Shown piece by piece: positions 1 through 10,671 of a stretch of 64,000 nt of DNA (position 1 is the first letter of the stretch; the number at the start of each line of letters is the position of its first letter). The position numbers were made by a program, and so were the translations under genes. The notes beneath the pieces are model-generated. The model saw only the letters and a list, made by a program, of their open reading frames with translations. It had not been told where the DNA came from and ran no database searches. The stretch is from an uncultured Methanosarcinaceae archaeon (GTDB lineage Archaea > Halobacteriota > Methanosarcinia > Methanosarcinales > Methanosarcinaceae): the NCBI GenBank assembly GCA_963721455.1, contig CAVRJG010000052.1:1-64000 (forward strand), written 5' to 3'.

Positions 1-1843
1 CAGATCCAGGTTCCAGAAAACGGCCGACTATCGAAGTGACCCTGATGTTTTCACTGAGCCCATAGATGCCTGGCCTGAGGCAGCAGATTCCCCGGATAAG
101 AAGGTCTACTTTCACCCCGACCTGGGAAGCCCTGTAAAGTTCCCTGATGCACTGGTAGTCCACAAGAGAATTCATCTTGAAGATCAGGTGCCCGTTTCCA
201 TACTTCTCATGCAGGTCGACCTCACGCCTGATACGCTCCAGGATCTGGTGCCTGAGGGTCTGGGGGGCTACAAGGAGCTTGATATAATGGTCCTTTCTCG
301 AATAACCTGTAAGGGCATTGAAAAGGTCAGAGATGTCCTTGCCTATGAATGAGTCACTTGTCAGGTAGCCGAAATCGGTATAGAGCTTTCCTGTGACAGC
401 GTTATAGTTTCCTGTGCTCATGTGCACGTAATACCTGATGTCTTCTTTTTCGGCCCTGACCACCAGGCACATCTTGGCATGAGTTTTACGCCCGGGAAAG
501 CCATACGCTACATGAACGCCTTTGCGCTCAAGCTCTTTTGCCCAGCCTATATTATTCTCTTCATCAAAGCGGGCTTTAAGTTCCACCAGAACCGCGACCT
601 GCTTTTTCCGGTCTGCAGCCTTCATAAGGGCCTGAATAATCCTGGAGTTGTCATCTACCCTGTACAATGTCATTTTGATTGCCAGGACATCCGTATCACC
701 GGCAGCCTCTTCTACGAAATCAATTACCGATTCGAAACTGTCATAGGGATGGTAGAGAAGAACATCTCTCTTTTTCAGAACCGCAAATATTTTCTCCTTA
801 TTAGCCAGTTGAGAATGTTTTCTCGGTTCTAAAGGCTCGTATTTAAGCTCAGGACGGTTAATCTGCGCAAGTTTAAAGAGACTTGAAAGTCCCAGAGGAG
901 CTGCAGACCTGAACATAAGGGAAGCGGTAAGTTCCAGGTTCTTAAGAAGGATATCAGAGACTCTGGGGGGCATTGTATAGTCGGTCTCAAGTCTAACAAC
1001 CGGCCCAAAGTAATTCCTCCCGACTCTCTGCTTTACAGCGGTCAGAAGGTCCTTGTCCCCATCCTCATCAAATCCAAGGTCTGCATCCCGCGTGATCCTG
1101 AATGGATAAGCTCCCAGGATACGCTGTCCGGGAAACAGCAGGTCAAGATTTGCAGCAATAAGCTGTTCGAGCCAGACAAAACACCCTGTTTTTAGCTCTT
1201 CCAGACTGGAAGTTATTCTTTCCTGGTCGTATTTAGGAACTACGATAAGTCTGGTGAACATTGGAGGAATCTTGACTCTGGCAAAGCGTTCCCCGTAATC
1301 CGGGTCATCAATGAGTACTGCCAGGTTAAGGCTAAGGTTCGAAATGTGGGGGAAAGGATGCCCTGAATCGAAACCCAGAGGGGTAAGTAAAGGGAAAATG
1401 TTTCTCTCGAAATAGTCTCTGAGCTTTTCTCTTTCTTCCCCGGAAAGTTCAAAATAATTAAGGACTTTAATTCCTTTTTCCCTGAGAGCAGGCTCAAGTA
1501 TTTCATTCCAGCAGCTGTCATTGAGAGGAAGCTGCCTGAGAAGCTCTTCCCGGATAATACGAAGCTGTTCCTGAGCAAGCTCATCTGTCCGGTCGTCCTT
1601 TGCTCCTTCCACTATTCTCTTCTGGACGCCTGAAACCCTGACCATAAAAAACTCATCAAGGTTGCTCCCAAAAATAGAAAGGAACTTTGCTCTCTCAAGC
1701 AGGGGATTTCGCTCGTCGAGAGCCTCTTCTAGTACCCTGTCGTTGAACTGGAGCCAGCTGTACTCGCGGTCCGTATATAAGCACGGATCGCTGAGGTCAG
1801 GCATACCGGAAACTTCTACCCTAGCTCTTTCAACATTATCCAT
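1..1843 (-). CDS. ppk1: Polyphosphate kinase 1 (3' end runs off window)
   Basis: Manual translation from ATG at 1843: MDNVERARVEVSGMPDLSDPCLYTDREYSWLQFNDRVLEEA...NLDEFFMVRV...NIRVTSIVGRFLE. These are PPK1 motifs. Absent from the ORF track because there is no stop in the window. Confidence 0.93.
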   Translation of the reverse strand, partial: MDNVERARVEVSGMPDLSDPCLYTDREYSWLQFNDRVLEEALDERNPLLERAKFLSIFGSNLDEFFMVRVSGVQKRIVEGAKDDRTDELAQEQLRIIREELLRQLPLNDSCWNEILEPALREKGIKVLNYFELSGEEREKLRDYFERNIFPLLTPLGFDSGHPFPHISNLSLNLAVLIDDPDYGERFARVKIPPMFTRLIVVPKYDQERITSSLEELKTGCFVWLEQLIAANLDLLFPGQRILGAYPFRITRDADLGFDEDGDKDLLTAVKQRVGRNYFGPVVRLETDYTMPPRVSDILLKNLELTASLMFRSAAPLGLSSLFKLAQINRPELKYEPLEPRKHSQLANKEKIFAVLKKRDVLLYHPYDSFESVIDFVEEAAGDTDVLAIKMTLYRVDDNSRIIQALMKAADRKKQVAVLVELKARFDEENNIGWAKELERKGVHVAYGFPGRKTHAKMCLVVRAEKEDIRYYVHMSTGNYNAVTGKLYTDFGYLTSDSFIGKDISDLFNALTGYSRKDHYIKLLVAPQTLRHQILERIRREVDLHEKYGNGHLIFKMNSLVDYQCIRELYRASQVGVKVDLLIRGICCLRPGIYGLSENIRVTSIVGRFLEPGS

Positions 1844-2442
1844 AACCAGCCTATCAAAATCTGCACACTGAATGGGGAAGTTCCGCTCCATTGCTATCAC
1901 GCGTGGCCTGGGTTTTGTACTACTTCAGGGCCGTCTTTAAAAATGATAAAAGATCTGAAGATAAAATCTATGTATATTTCATAATTCAATTTCATTATCT
2001 GATAGTCACCCGGTTTCACTGGGTTGAAAAGAAGATAGCCCCGGGTCCACTCAAACAACCGAAGATAATCCGTCTCAGGAAAATTTTTTTTCCTTAATCA
2101 CATATCAACCCTTTTAGCCGATTAGTATTTTGAATTTTCTGCGTCAGGGACGGCAAATCTCCATATTAAGTTATCGGATATGCATTGGCACCAATGCTTA
2201 TATAAACTTTTGTATTAACAAAATTGTAAGGATCCTGCGGAATCTCCGCTAACTCACTACTATTTATTAATATATAGAACTAAAGATTTATAACATTATC
2301 TCTTAAAGGTTATTATTAACAAAAGCAAAAAAAGATGCCATGGATTTAAGGAGATTAAAGTAATCGAAGATTGCCAGAAAAGAGTAGAAGATTCCATGCA
2401 AATCCTCGATTAATATATTTCAAAAGTGACATCTAAATTTTA

Positions 2443-4590
2443 TCAAGAGTCGGCCTTTGAATCGGTTTTAAATTTATCTTTTAAATGTGTATAAAACTCC
2501 TTTTCTTTTCCGGTGGTCTTCCTGAGCAGCCGTTCTACAATCAGCTCGGGAGTGCTTCGCGCAATATGATTGTATACAGGATCCCGGTTTACGATCAGTT
2601 CCAGGTGAGAGTCCAGGCCTTCTGCCTCAATCCCATCTACTCTGATATCTGCCCCGGTATTTTCAAGGATCAGCTCCGAAAGGTGGGAAACAAAAATCCC
2701 AAGACTCCATTCGTTTCTGGACAGATATTCAAGGATTCCTGCTATAATCCGCGCAGAGGCTCCGGGTTCGGTAATTGATTCCAGTTCATCTGCAAGCACC
2801 AGTTTTCCCGCTGCTTCGGAGAGCACCGAGAATTGCCTGAGGGTAGTTTCAAAAGCTCCTGCATCCAGGGTTCCCTTTGATTTCCCGAAATAGTAGAATT
2901 CTTCTACAGGCCCAAGTTCAAGTTCTTTTGCAGGGGCCGGAAAGCCCATATATCCAAGAATTACGCACTGGGCAAAGAGTTCGAGCAGGGAAGTCTTGCC
3001 CCCGGAATTTACTCCGCTCAAAAGCACAACCCTGCTTTCCAGACCTGCGGGAGAAAAACTGGTTTTTCCCACGGAATAATTGACAGGATCAATTTCTCCG
3101 TGGCGAACCTTTAAAAAGAGGTTTTCTCCGGCTTTAAATCCTATTCCGGTTTCAGAAATCAGTTCCGGCAGTTTCAGCTTAAACTTTGCCGAGAAGCAAG
3201 CTATTGAAAAGCCAAGGTCAAAATCCAGGACTTTTCTGACAAGCCTTTCTACTGGCTGGCGAAAAGTTGACAGAGTTTTTGCAATCTCCCTTTTCCGCGC
3301 AAGCCTTGCTTTTCCAAGAGCATTGTTCAGTTTTTGTCTGAGGAGCTGAAGTTGAGACTGGTCTGCACTCAGAGGATAGGAAATCTCGTCAGAAAATAGG
3401 GAGTCAAGCATCAATTTTTCCTGCTTCTGAAGGTCGAGCTTTTCAGCAAGCTCTTCCTTTACGGCTTCAATCTCGCCTTTGTAGATTCTACTGAGTTCCT
3501 TTGCGAGCAGGTCCTTGATTTCCATTCCCCCGCTCACAAGCTTAATGAGTTCCTGCCCGCTGAGGGTAAGCGAACTTGCCTCAAGGGTCCGGTTCATGCG
3601 CTGGTTAGCTTCATTCAGGGCAGAGGCCAGTACAGTGTCAAGGTTTTGCAGGGCTGCTCCAAGCCTGTCAAGTTCAGGGTCAAAACCTTCAACAGGCTTT
3701 CCATCCTCTCCGAGTTTTGAAAGAGCTTCCTCGAGTGCATCAAATTTTCCACTCTCTCCTGAAAGTTCATTAAATAAATTAAAGTCCCTGGAGCGCAGAT
3801 CAGATATTATATTCAGGCAGGCCCGGACACAATCCAGATTCCGCGCGAAAAAAGCCAGTTCTTTTTCAGGCAAGACCTGCCAGAATTCAACTCTAGAAAG
3901 ATCCTGGAAATATTCGGGTTCAATGCCTTCAGGTAGATCAAAGCCAAGGTAGGTGTCATCAAAAACAATCACACTGGAATAACCCCCGGCAAGGTCCACA
4001 AATTCGGAGAGATTTTCCACAGCCTGAACAGGCAAAAATGCCTGAAACTTTTCTCTGGCTGCTTCCAGAGTTTTTGAGTCTCCGCAGAGGATTATCCGGT
4101 CTCTGACCCTCAGGTTCCCCGGCACTGGCCTGAGTTTCCTGACCCTGGAAAGCAATTGAAGAAACTCGGAGTTTTCTGAGAAGGCATCTCCCAGTTCCAG
4201 ATATTCTTCGACGAAAGCCTGTCTCTCCTGAATGAGATCCATACGCGAGGCAGGAAGCGGATAAAAAAGATTCAGCTTGTCCCTGGCATGGGTTGTATGA
4301 GCAAAACTTTTCATCAGCTCAAGTATGCGGGAATAAAGGTCCAGGGCTTCTTTTGTCTTCAGAAAATCGGAAATCGAGCACCCCTCCGCTCTTGCTCTGG
4401 CATCCCTTGCAAGGGAAAGTGCAAAATTATGGCTGACTCCATTAACTTCGGAAAGTGAGGCTATATCTCCCTCGCAAATAGCCTGGAGAGCTGCATCTTC
4501 ACTTCCGAAGTGCTCAACCAGCCTGTCAGCTACCCGTTCACCAATTCCATGAATTTCCCGCAGGTTTGAGATCGGCTGAGAATATTTCAT
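2443..4590 (-). CDS. Archaeal MutS-related ATPase (N-terminal helix-hairpin-helix, C-terminal MutS domain V)
   Basis: HhH motifs (IHGIGERVA, VNGVSHNFA), Walker A SGVNSGGKT, 'GTLDAGAFE', 'LADELESITEPG', 'VSHL'. Start placed at ATG 4590; the upstream ATG/TTG lie in an 18-bp duplication. Confidence 0.8.
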   Translation of the reverse strand: MKYSQPISNLREIHGIGERVADRLVEHFGSEDAALQAICEGDIASLSEVNGVSHNFALSLARDARARAEGCSISDFLKTKEALDLYSRILELMKSFAHTTHARDKLNLFYPLPASRMDLIQERQAFVEEYLELGDAFSENSEFLQLLSRVRKLRPVPGNLRVRDRIILCGDSKTLEAAREKFQAFLPVQAVENLSEFVDLAGGYSSVIVFDDTYLGFDLPEGIEPEYFQDLSRVEFWQVLPEKELAFFARNLDCVRACLNIISDLRSRDFNLFNELSGESGKFDALEEALSKLGEDGKPVEGFDPELDRLGAALQNLDTVLASALNEANQRMNRTLEASSLTLSGQELIKLVSGGMEIKDLLAKELSRIYKGEIEAVKEELAEKLDLQKQEKLMLDSLFSDEISYPLSADQSQLQLLRQKLNNALGKARLARKREIAKTLSTFRQPVERLVRKVLDFDLGFSIACFSAKFKLKLPELISETGIGFKAGENLFLKVRHGEIDPVNYSVGKTSFSPAGLESRVVLLSGVNSGGKTSLLELFAQCVILGYMGFPAPAKELELGPVEEFYYFGKSKGTLDAGAFETTLRQFSVLSEAAGKLVLADELESITEPGASARIIAGILEYLSRNEWSLGIFVSHLSELILENTGADIRVDGIEAEGLDSHLELIVNRDPVYNHIARSTPELIVERLLRKTTGKEKEFYTHLKDKFKTDSKADS

Positions 4591-4663
4591 ATGCAAAACA
4601 TTTTTCATATGCAAAACACTTTTGTTTCAATAAATCCGGTCGGGCTCTGAAGCCCATATCCTT

Positions 4664-5636
4664 TTAATTCAGAAGAAGAGAAAGTTCTTTTTCAAGGTAA
4701 GGGCGCATTGAAGCTGTATATCCGTGCGTTGCCTCAGTAACATTATACATTGCCTTTGGCTCTTTTGCAAGGGCAAAGGTCCTGAGTGCCATCTCATGAG
4801 AAATTACGGTATCATTAAAAGAATGAATCTGCACGAACTTTGCAGGCGACAGGGTAGGGAGATAGGTATCCGGATCGATTGAACGAGAGAAGCGGTAAGC
4901 TTCAGGATCATCTATAAGGGCAGGATCGATTTCTCCAGTGCCGTCCCCTGCAGTGCTGATCCCGATAACTCCTTTAAGGGAAGGGTCAAGGGCACAGGCA
5001 AGAACTGCAAATCTCCCACCGTTACTTTCCCCGAGGATTGCAAGCCTTTCTTTATCAATTTCCGGCTGGGCCGCAAGCACGTCTGCCGCTTTAAGGGCAT
5101 CATAAACCATGGTATATTCCAGGGGCTCAAGGCCAGCCTTAAAAAGTTCAAGGTCCCTCTTCAGATTTATTCTGCCCAGGTTACGCTGGTCAAGAGTAAG
5201 AGTTGCATATCCCATCTTTGAGAGTTCTGCGGCCAGGCCCTGTTCGGCTTCCTTGCTAACCCCTGCTCCGGGCAGCAGGACTATCCCGGGAGAAGAAGAA
5301 GAGTTTGCAGGAATTCTTAAGAGCGCCTGGATGTTATCCCCTTTGCTTTCAAAAGACAGCAATTTTAAGGCATCTGAACTTTCAGGGGACGTATACATCT
5401 TCGATTTCCTGAGCTTTAAATACGGGCTCTTCTCGCGGAGGAAAAAACAGAGTGCCTGCTTCCGAAACTTCCCAGGAAACTGCGGCGCTGGTGGAGCTGG
5501 AAGGATTGTACAGGACTCCGAAGATGCCCACGAGTATAAGAAGAAAACCCAGAAGAAAAACTGCGGGTTTAGGAGTTCTGGTTCCTGAAGAAGCGTTTTT
5601 TTTGTTTTCGTTTTTTCCAGGATTATGTCTGCTCAA
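4664..5636 (-). pseudogene. Membrane-anchored alpha/beta hydrolase split by one frameshift near 5385-5398 (or sequencing error)
   Basis: ORF 5382-5636 has an N-terminal TM helix. ORF 4664-5398 has the GESNGG nucleophile elbow plus Asp and His. The two overlap in different frames at a C4 run. Confidence 0.65.
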
Positions 5637-5661
5637 GGGAACCCTGCCCGGAAAATTGTAA

Positions 5662-5829
5662 TCACGGCCAGAAGCCGTTTACAGCACATAAGAATAATAC
5701 TACTATGCCCGTAAGAGCGCCAACAATAAGAACTGTTTTGGGCTGGATGTGAACTGCATTTTTGTCCGCTTCATAGTAGCGCATGAGCCCTGCAGAGGAC
5801 TGAAGTCCGTTACTTGATTTTTTAGCCAT
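5662..5829 (-). CDS. secG: Preprotein translocase subunit Sec61beta/SecG
   Basis: 55-aa ORF below the track cut-off: MAKKSSNGLQSSAGLMRYYEADKNAVHIQPKTVLIVGALTGIVVLFLCAVNGFWP. SAGLMRYY motif plus C-terminal TM helix; AGGTG RBS upstream. Confidence 0.92.
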   Translation of the reverse strand: MAKKSSNGLQSSAGLMRYYEADKNAVHIQPKTVLIVGALTGIVVLFLCAVNGFWP

Positions 5830-6094
5830 GAATTAACACCTGCACGAATACACTGTAATTGGAATATAAACCTCATTGCCTATAATAGATTGCTGTGGCG
5901 TATGCTAAAATAATTATCCGGAAATTAGCAGCTGGAAATTTGAAAACTTAGCATAACTGTTAAATTTCCTGTTAACTTTGGTGATCATCAGATAATTTAC
6001 AGTTCTGATATATAAATCCAGCAGAGGAATTTCTGAGCAGCCAGGCTTCAGGAGGTTGAGGGGAGTTCGTCATGCTCTCGAAAACGGACAATTC

Positions 6095-7114
6095 TCAAAC
6101 AAGTACTTCGTCCAGCAGGAAAGGCGGGTAAAACACTCCCCTCTCAGTAATTACCGCAGTTACGTTTTCCATGGGAGTTGCGTCAAAAGCAGGATTGTAA
6201 ACTTCCACTTCTTCTGGGGCAAGCTGCTCAGACCCGAAAAAGCGCAGTTCATCAGGGTTTCGCATTTCGATTTTTACGCTGCCTTCCCAGCCATTGAAAT
6301 CGAAAGTAGAGATCGGGGCTGCCACGTAGAAGGGAATTTCGTGCTCTTTTGCAAGAATGGAGTGCGAATAGGTCCCTATCTTGTTGAAAATAACATCCTG
6401 GGTGATTCTGTCGGCTCCTACAAGCACGCTGTCTACAAGCCCCTGGTGCATTGCCCACCCAGCCGTCGAATCTGAGATAAGGGTTACTGGAATCTTGTCC
6501 TGCATCAGTTCCCAGGTAGTGATCCTGCTTCCCTGGTTCAGGGGCCTGGTCTCACAGGCAATGACCTTGATCTCTTTGCCTTCAGCAATAGCCGAACGCA
6601 CAACTCCCAGGGCTGTGCCCCAGTCCACACATGCGAGCCTGCCTGCATTGCAGTGAGTGAGTATGGTATCTCCGTCTTTCAGGAATTTTGCCCCATATTT
6701 GCCTATCAGCATGTTGGTGGCCACATCTTCTTCCGCAATGTCCCTGGCTTCCTGAAGGGTAATTTCCCGGACTCCGTTTACATCAAAGGCATCCGAAACC
6801 GCTCTCAGTACTCTGTCCACACCCCAGCCAAGATTTACTGCTGTAGGGCGGGTTGACTTAAGGGTTTTTCCTGCAACTTCGAGGTCTCTAACCATTGTTT
6901 CGAGATCTCTGGCACTGCTAAGGAAAGCTGCAAGGGCAATCCCGAAACCTCCTGCTGCGCCGAGAGCAGGCGCACCCCTTATCCTGAGAGATTTTATAGC
7001 CTCACAGAGGGAACTCAAGGTTTTGCATTCTATTATCCTGTACTCTTTCGGGAGCAGGGTCTGGTCTACCAGCACCACGGAGTTGGACTCTTCCTTCCAG
7101 TCAATTGTCCTCAT
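6095..7114 (-). CDS. mtnA: S-methyl-5-thioribose-1-phosphate isomerase (eIF-2B family)
   Basis: IRGAPALG, STRPTAVNL, THCNAG.LA, ETRPLNQG.R.T.WEL, NKIGTY and NPAFD.TP motifs. Confidence 0.85.
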   Translation of the reverse strand: MRTIDWKEESNSVVLVDQTLLPKEYRIIECKTLSSLCEAIKSLRIRGAPALGAAGGFGIALAAFLSSARDLETMVRDLEVAGKTLKSTRPTAVNLGWGVDRVLRAVSDAFDVNGVREITLQEARDIAEEDVATNMLIGKYGAKFLKDGDTILTHCNAGRLACVDWGTALGVVRSAIAEGKEIKVIACETRPLNQGSRITTWELMQDKIPVTLISDSTAGWAMHQGLVDSVLVGADRITQDVIFNKIGTYSHSILAKEHEIPFYVAAPISTFDFNGWEGSVKIEMRNPDELRFFGSEQLAPEEVEVYNPAFDATPMENVTAVITERGVFYPPFLLDEVLV

Positions 7115-7641
7115 TAGATCACTTTCCGATGTAAGCATCAGCTTCTGCCGAGAAATCTTCCGGCTCCCTTTTCAAGCTTCCCATCAGATAAAAAACTATT
7201 CAACTCCATAGGAACTCGTTGTCAATTAATTGTCCCCTCCCCCTGCATTATCCGGCAATCTGAGAAACTTAAAATGAAAGTATATTAAAACACCTTTACC
7301 CTTGAATTTAAAAGTAGCTGGAGAAATTATGGCAGGTAGAGCACCCGGCGGCCGGGCCTCAGAATAAGAAGTTTGTTCAGAGAATAAATATAATATTTCT
7401 TTCCCAGAAAGGCAAAATTAAATATAATAGATTTATAGAGTAACAGCACAAATAAGACAAGATTTAAAATTCACAGCTGAGATAAGGGAAGGTTCGTAAT
7501 TTCAGGAATATGAATTCATAAACTTCAGGAACCTTAAATTCGTAAATCCTTGAATCTGTAGATTTCAGAAATCGTGAAAGGTCTGTTATTCTATTAACGC
7601 GGTTTATGAGAATCTGGATATTCGTCGGAGAGTAAGCGCTT

Positions 7642-8742
7642 ATGACAAAAATAAAAATAGCAATTGCAGGAATCGGGAACTGTGCAAGCTCTTTGATACA
7701 GGGCATTGAGTATTATAAAGCCGGAGATAAAGAATCCATCGGGCTGATGCACTGGGATCTTGGTGGGTATAAACCCAATGATATCAAAGTTGTTGCTGCT
7801 TTTGACATAGATGTCAGGAAGGTAGGAAAAGATGTGGCTGAAGCCATCTTTGCTCCCCCGAACTGCACAACGGTTTTTTGCCCTGATGTTCCGTCCACAG
7901 GCGTGAAGGTTAAAATGGGCAGAGTACTTGACGGCGTCTCTGACCATATGAAGAATTATGAAGAAAAATACACGTTTATTGTCAGCAGGGAACAGGAAGC
8001 GACAAAATCAGACATCGTAAATGAATTGAAAAATTCGGGCGCTGAGATGCTTCTCAATTACCTGCCTGTAGGTTCTGAAGAAGCAGTCCGTTTCTATGCC
8101 GAGTGCGCTCTCGAAGCAGGTGTGGCTTTGATCAATAATATGCCTGTTTTTATCGCAAGCAATTCTGAGTGGGCAAAAAGGTTTGAAGAAAAGAATATCC
8201 CGATCATTGGCGACGACATTAAAGCCCAGCTTGGGGCCACCATTACCCACAGGATCCTTGCAGACCTTTTCGAAAAACGAGGCGTAAAGCTCGAAAGGAC
8301 ATACCAGCTGAATACTGGGGGAAACACTGATTTCCTTAACATGCTCAACAGGGATAGGCTTGTTTCCAAACGGGAGTCAAAGACCGACGCCGTCCAGTCC
8401 GTGCTTTCACATAAGCTTGAGGACGAAAACATTCACATCGGACCTAGCGATTACGTAGCCTGGCAAAAAGACAATAAAGTATGTTTTTTGAGAATGGAAG
8501 GCAAACTCTTTGGGGACGTGCCCATGAACCTTGAACTCAGGCTCTCTGTAGAAGATTCCCCTAACTCCGCAGGCGTGGTAATTGATGCCATCCGCTGCTG
8601 CAAGCTGGCTCTTGACCGCGGAATAGGAGGAGTACTATATTCTCCGGCATCCTATTTTATGAAGCACCCGGCTATCCAGTACCCTGATGATGAAGCTTAC
8701 CGAAGGACCGAAGAGTTTATAGCCGGAACCCGGGAACGTTGA
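7642..8742 (+). CDS. ino1: myo-inositol-1-phosphate synthase
   Basis: [50 protein letters not shown]. Confidence 0.95.
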   Translation: MTKIKIAIAGIGNCASSLIQGIEYYKAGDKESIGLMHWDLGGYKPNDIKVVAAFDIDVRKVGKDVAEAIFAPPNCTTVFCPDVPSTGVKVKMGRVLDGVSDHMKNYEEKYTFIVSREQEATKSDIVNELKNSGAEMLLNYLPVGSEEAVRFYAECALEAGVALINNMPVFIASNSEWAKRFEEKNIPIIGDDIKAQLGATITHRILADLFEKRGVKLERTYQLNTGGNTDFLNMLNRDRLVSKRESKTDAVQSVLSHKLEDENIHIGPSDYVAWQKDNKVCFLRMEGKLFGDVPMNLELRLSVEDSPNSAGVVIDAIRCCKLALDRGIGGVLYSPASYFMKHPAIQYPDDEAYRRTEEFIAGTRER

Positions 8743-8792
8743 AGCCCCAGAGAAAAGAGATTCCTGTGAAAAGCGGTTTTGATGCCTGAAAG

Positions 8793-8830
8793 TCCCGGAA
8801 ATACCCGGGAATTTTTAAGTTTTTTCTATC
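8793..8830 (+). terminator. Hairpin plus T-tracts between convergent ino1 and radB
   Basis: TCCCGG-aaatac-CCGGGA followed by T runs. Confidence 0.45.
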
Positions 8831-8877
8831 CCTGAATAATTTCCAGGGAATTTTCTTTTAAATATTTATTTCCCGGT

Positions 8878-9546
8878 TCACCGAATTCCTTCAGCTGTAA
8901 TTTTAAACTCTGCGCTTGAGCCTTCCGGACGGGAGCGGTGTTTGTGCAGAATGGCACGTCTGGTTCCTTCACCTGTTTTTTCAAGCTGGAGAATCGCCTT
9001 TGATATGTGCTCCAGGAAACTGCCGCCCAGTGGGCGCACCCCTCCTGAGATAATATCGGAATATACCTGGTTGGTTATAACTACAGCAAAACCGTATTTC
9101 CGGGACAGGGCATGCAAAACCCCTATCTGGCTGGCAAGCTCTCTGCGGTTTTTCATGCCTGATTCCTCATCTTCAAGTTCAAACCTGTAGTATGAGGTTG
9201 CAGAATCCAGGATCACGAGACCGATATTCTCACCGGCTATTTTTTCCACCTCTCTCACGGCTGCATACTGCTCTTCAAAACTCAGAGGTTCATAGATAAT
9301 GATGCTCCTGGCTATTTCCTTTGCATTTTCCCCTGCAATCTGTTTGAAACGGGCAGGAGAAAGCCCTTCGGTATCGATGAAAATAACCCTCTTCCCTTGC
9401 TTTACGCATTCCACTGCAAGCTGGATGCAGATATTTGTTTTCCCGGTTCCTGCAGGTCCGAAGATTTGAGTTACAATCCCTATCTCGAAACCTCCTCCTA
9501 GAAGTTCGTCAAGGGGCTTGCAGCCGCAAGGCAATAATTTCTCTAT
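8878..9546 (-). CDS. radB: DNA repair/recombination protein RadB (probable ATA start)
   Basis: LDELLGGG, GPAGTGKT, IDTEGLS, VITNQV and the RadB-specific KHR motif. GAGGTG RBS lies 7 nt before ATA at 9544-9546. Confidence 0.9.
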   Translation of the reverse strand: MEKLLPCGCKPLDELLGGGFEIGIVTQIFGPAGTGKTNICIQLAVECVKQGKRVIFIDTEGLSPARFKQIAGENAKEIARSIIIYEPLSFEEQYAAVREVEKIAGENIGLVILDSATSYYRFELEDEESGMKNRRELASQIGVLHALSRKYGFAVVITNQVYSDIISGGVRPLGGSFLEHISKAILQLEKTGEGTRRAILHKHRSRPEGSSAEFKITAEGIR

Positions 9547-10245
9547 GGAATGACACCTCTTTTTGCGCTTGATAGAAGTATAACCGGCCAATGATATAAC
9601 GCTTTTTTGTAATTTTCAGCCTTTTCGGAAAGATTAAAGATTTTCTAAAAGGGATAAAAACGGTAAAGTGAATATAGAAGAAATGCTAAGGTTTGGGTTC
9701 CCTGGCCTGAGAAGAAGAAAGAAGGATTTCGCAATAGTATGCTGAAACTGGAAATGTCCTTTATTAATATGTTGTAAAGTTTTCAAGGAATAATGCCTTA
9801 TACATGGTAGCCATACCTGTATTCGGTAAAGGGGCTGCAGACACCATTTAAAGCCTCCTGTACTTGAAAATCCTCTCTCAAGAGAGGCAGTTTTTCAAAA
9901 GCAGGACTCCTTAAGTCTGTTATCAGATCTGGTAACAAAGAAGGTATCTTTGTATACAAAACGAGAGTGTTATTGTATCCAGACCTGAGCTGAAAAACCG
10001 TTATTAAGTGATAGGGCATTTAGAATATTTACCTGAAATTAAAGGTAATTCCCGTTCTATTCCGATATTGCTAACTAATTTATGAGAATTATGTAACTAA
10101 AAGGTTTGGCCAGGGAGTAGTACTCATGTGGGGTTTTGTTTTGTTGCTGTGATGTGTTCTGCACCGGCGCGCTCACACCCCATATACTGCAAATAAACGC
10201 AACATGTAGTAAAGAAACGAAAGCATTCAATAAAGAAACGGTAAC

Positions 10246-10330
10246 TAAAAATCAGATTAAAAATTAGAGTAAAAATTAAAGTAAAAATCAGATTAAAAAT
10301 TAGATTAAAAATTAGAGTAAAAATTAGAGG
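10246..10330. repeat. 12-bp tandem repeat (TAAAAATTAGAK) ~7 copies
   Basis: Visible directly upstream of nrdH. Confidence 0.8.
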
Positions 10331-10340
10331 GGCGTAAAGC

Positions 10341-10592
10341 ATGGCAAAAATAATCGTCTATACAACGGAACGCTGTCCGAAATGCAATAAATTAAAAAAT
10401 TTCCTGGAAGCAAATTCAGTGGCTTTCGAAGTAGCAGATATGGCTACGCCTGAAGCTCTCACGGAACTGCGTTTCAACGGAGTTTTCACCGTGACGGCGC
10501 CTGTTTTACAGATCAATGACACTTTCCTGACTCACGAAGAACTCTTCCGTGGGGAAGAAGTGAACCCTGAAAAAATCCAGGGGATCTTATGA
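10341..10592 (+). CDS. nrdH: Glutaredoxin-like NrdH, redoxin for the class III RNR
   Basis: YTTERCPKC (CxxC), cis-Pro motif TAPVL, first gene before nrdD. Confidence 0.85.
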   Translation: MAKIIVYTTERCPKCNKLKNFLEANSVAFEVADMATPEALTELRFNGVFTVTAPVLQINDTFLTHEELFRGEEVNPEKIQGIL

Positions 10593-10671
10593 TGAAAGCG
10601 GTCTGAAAATTAAAAATAACTTAAATACTTTTGCAGATTCCCTCCTTAAAACAGTTACTGAAGATGAGAAA

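Noticed and set aside
10124-10342. 72-aa minus-strand ORF (LIFT/LIFN repeats)
   Set aside because: Translation of the 12-bp intergenic repeat.
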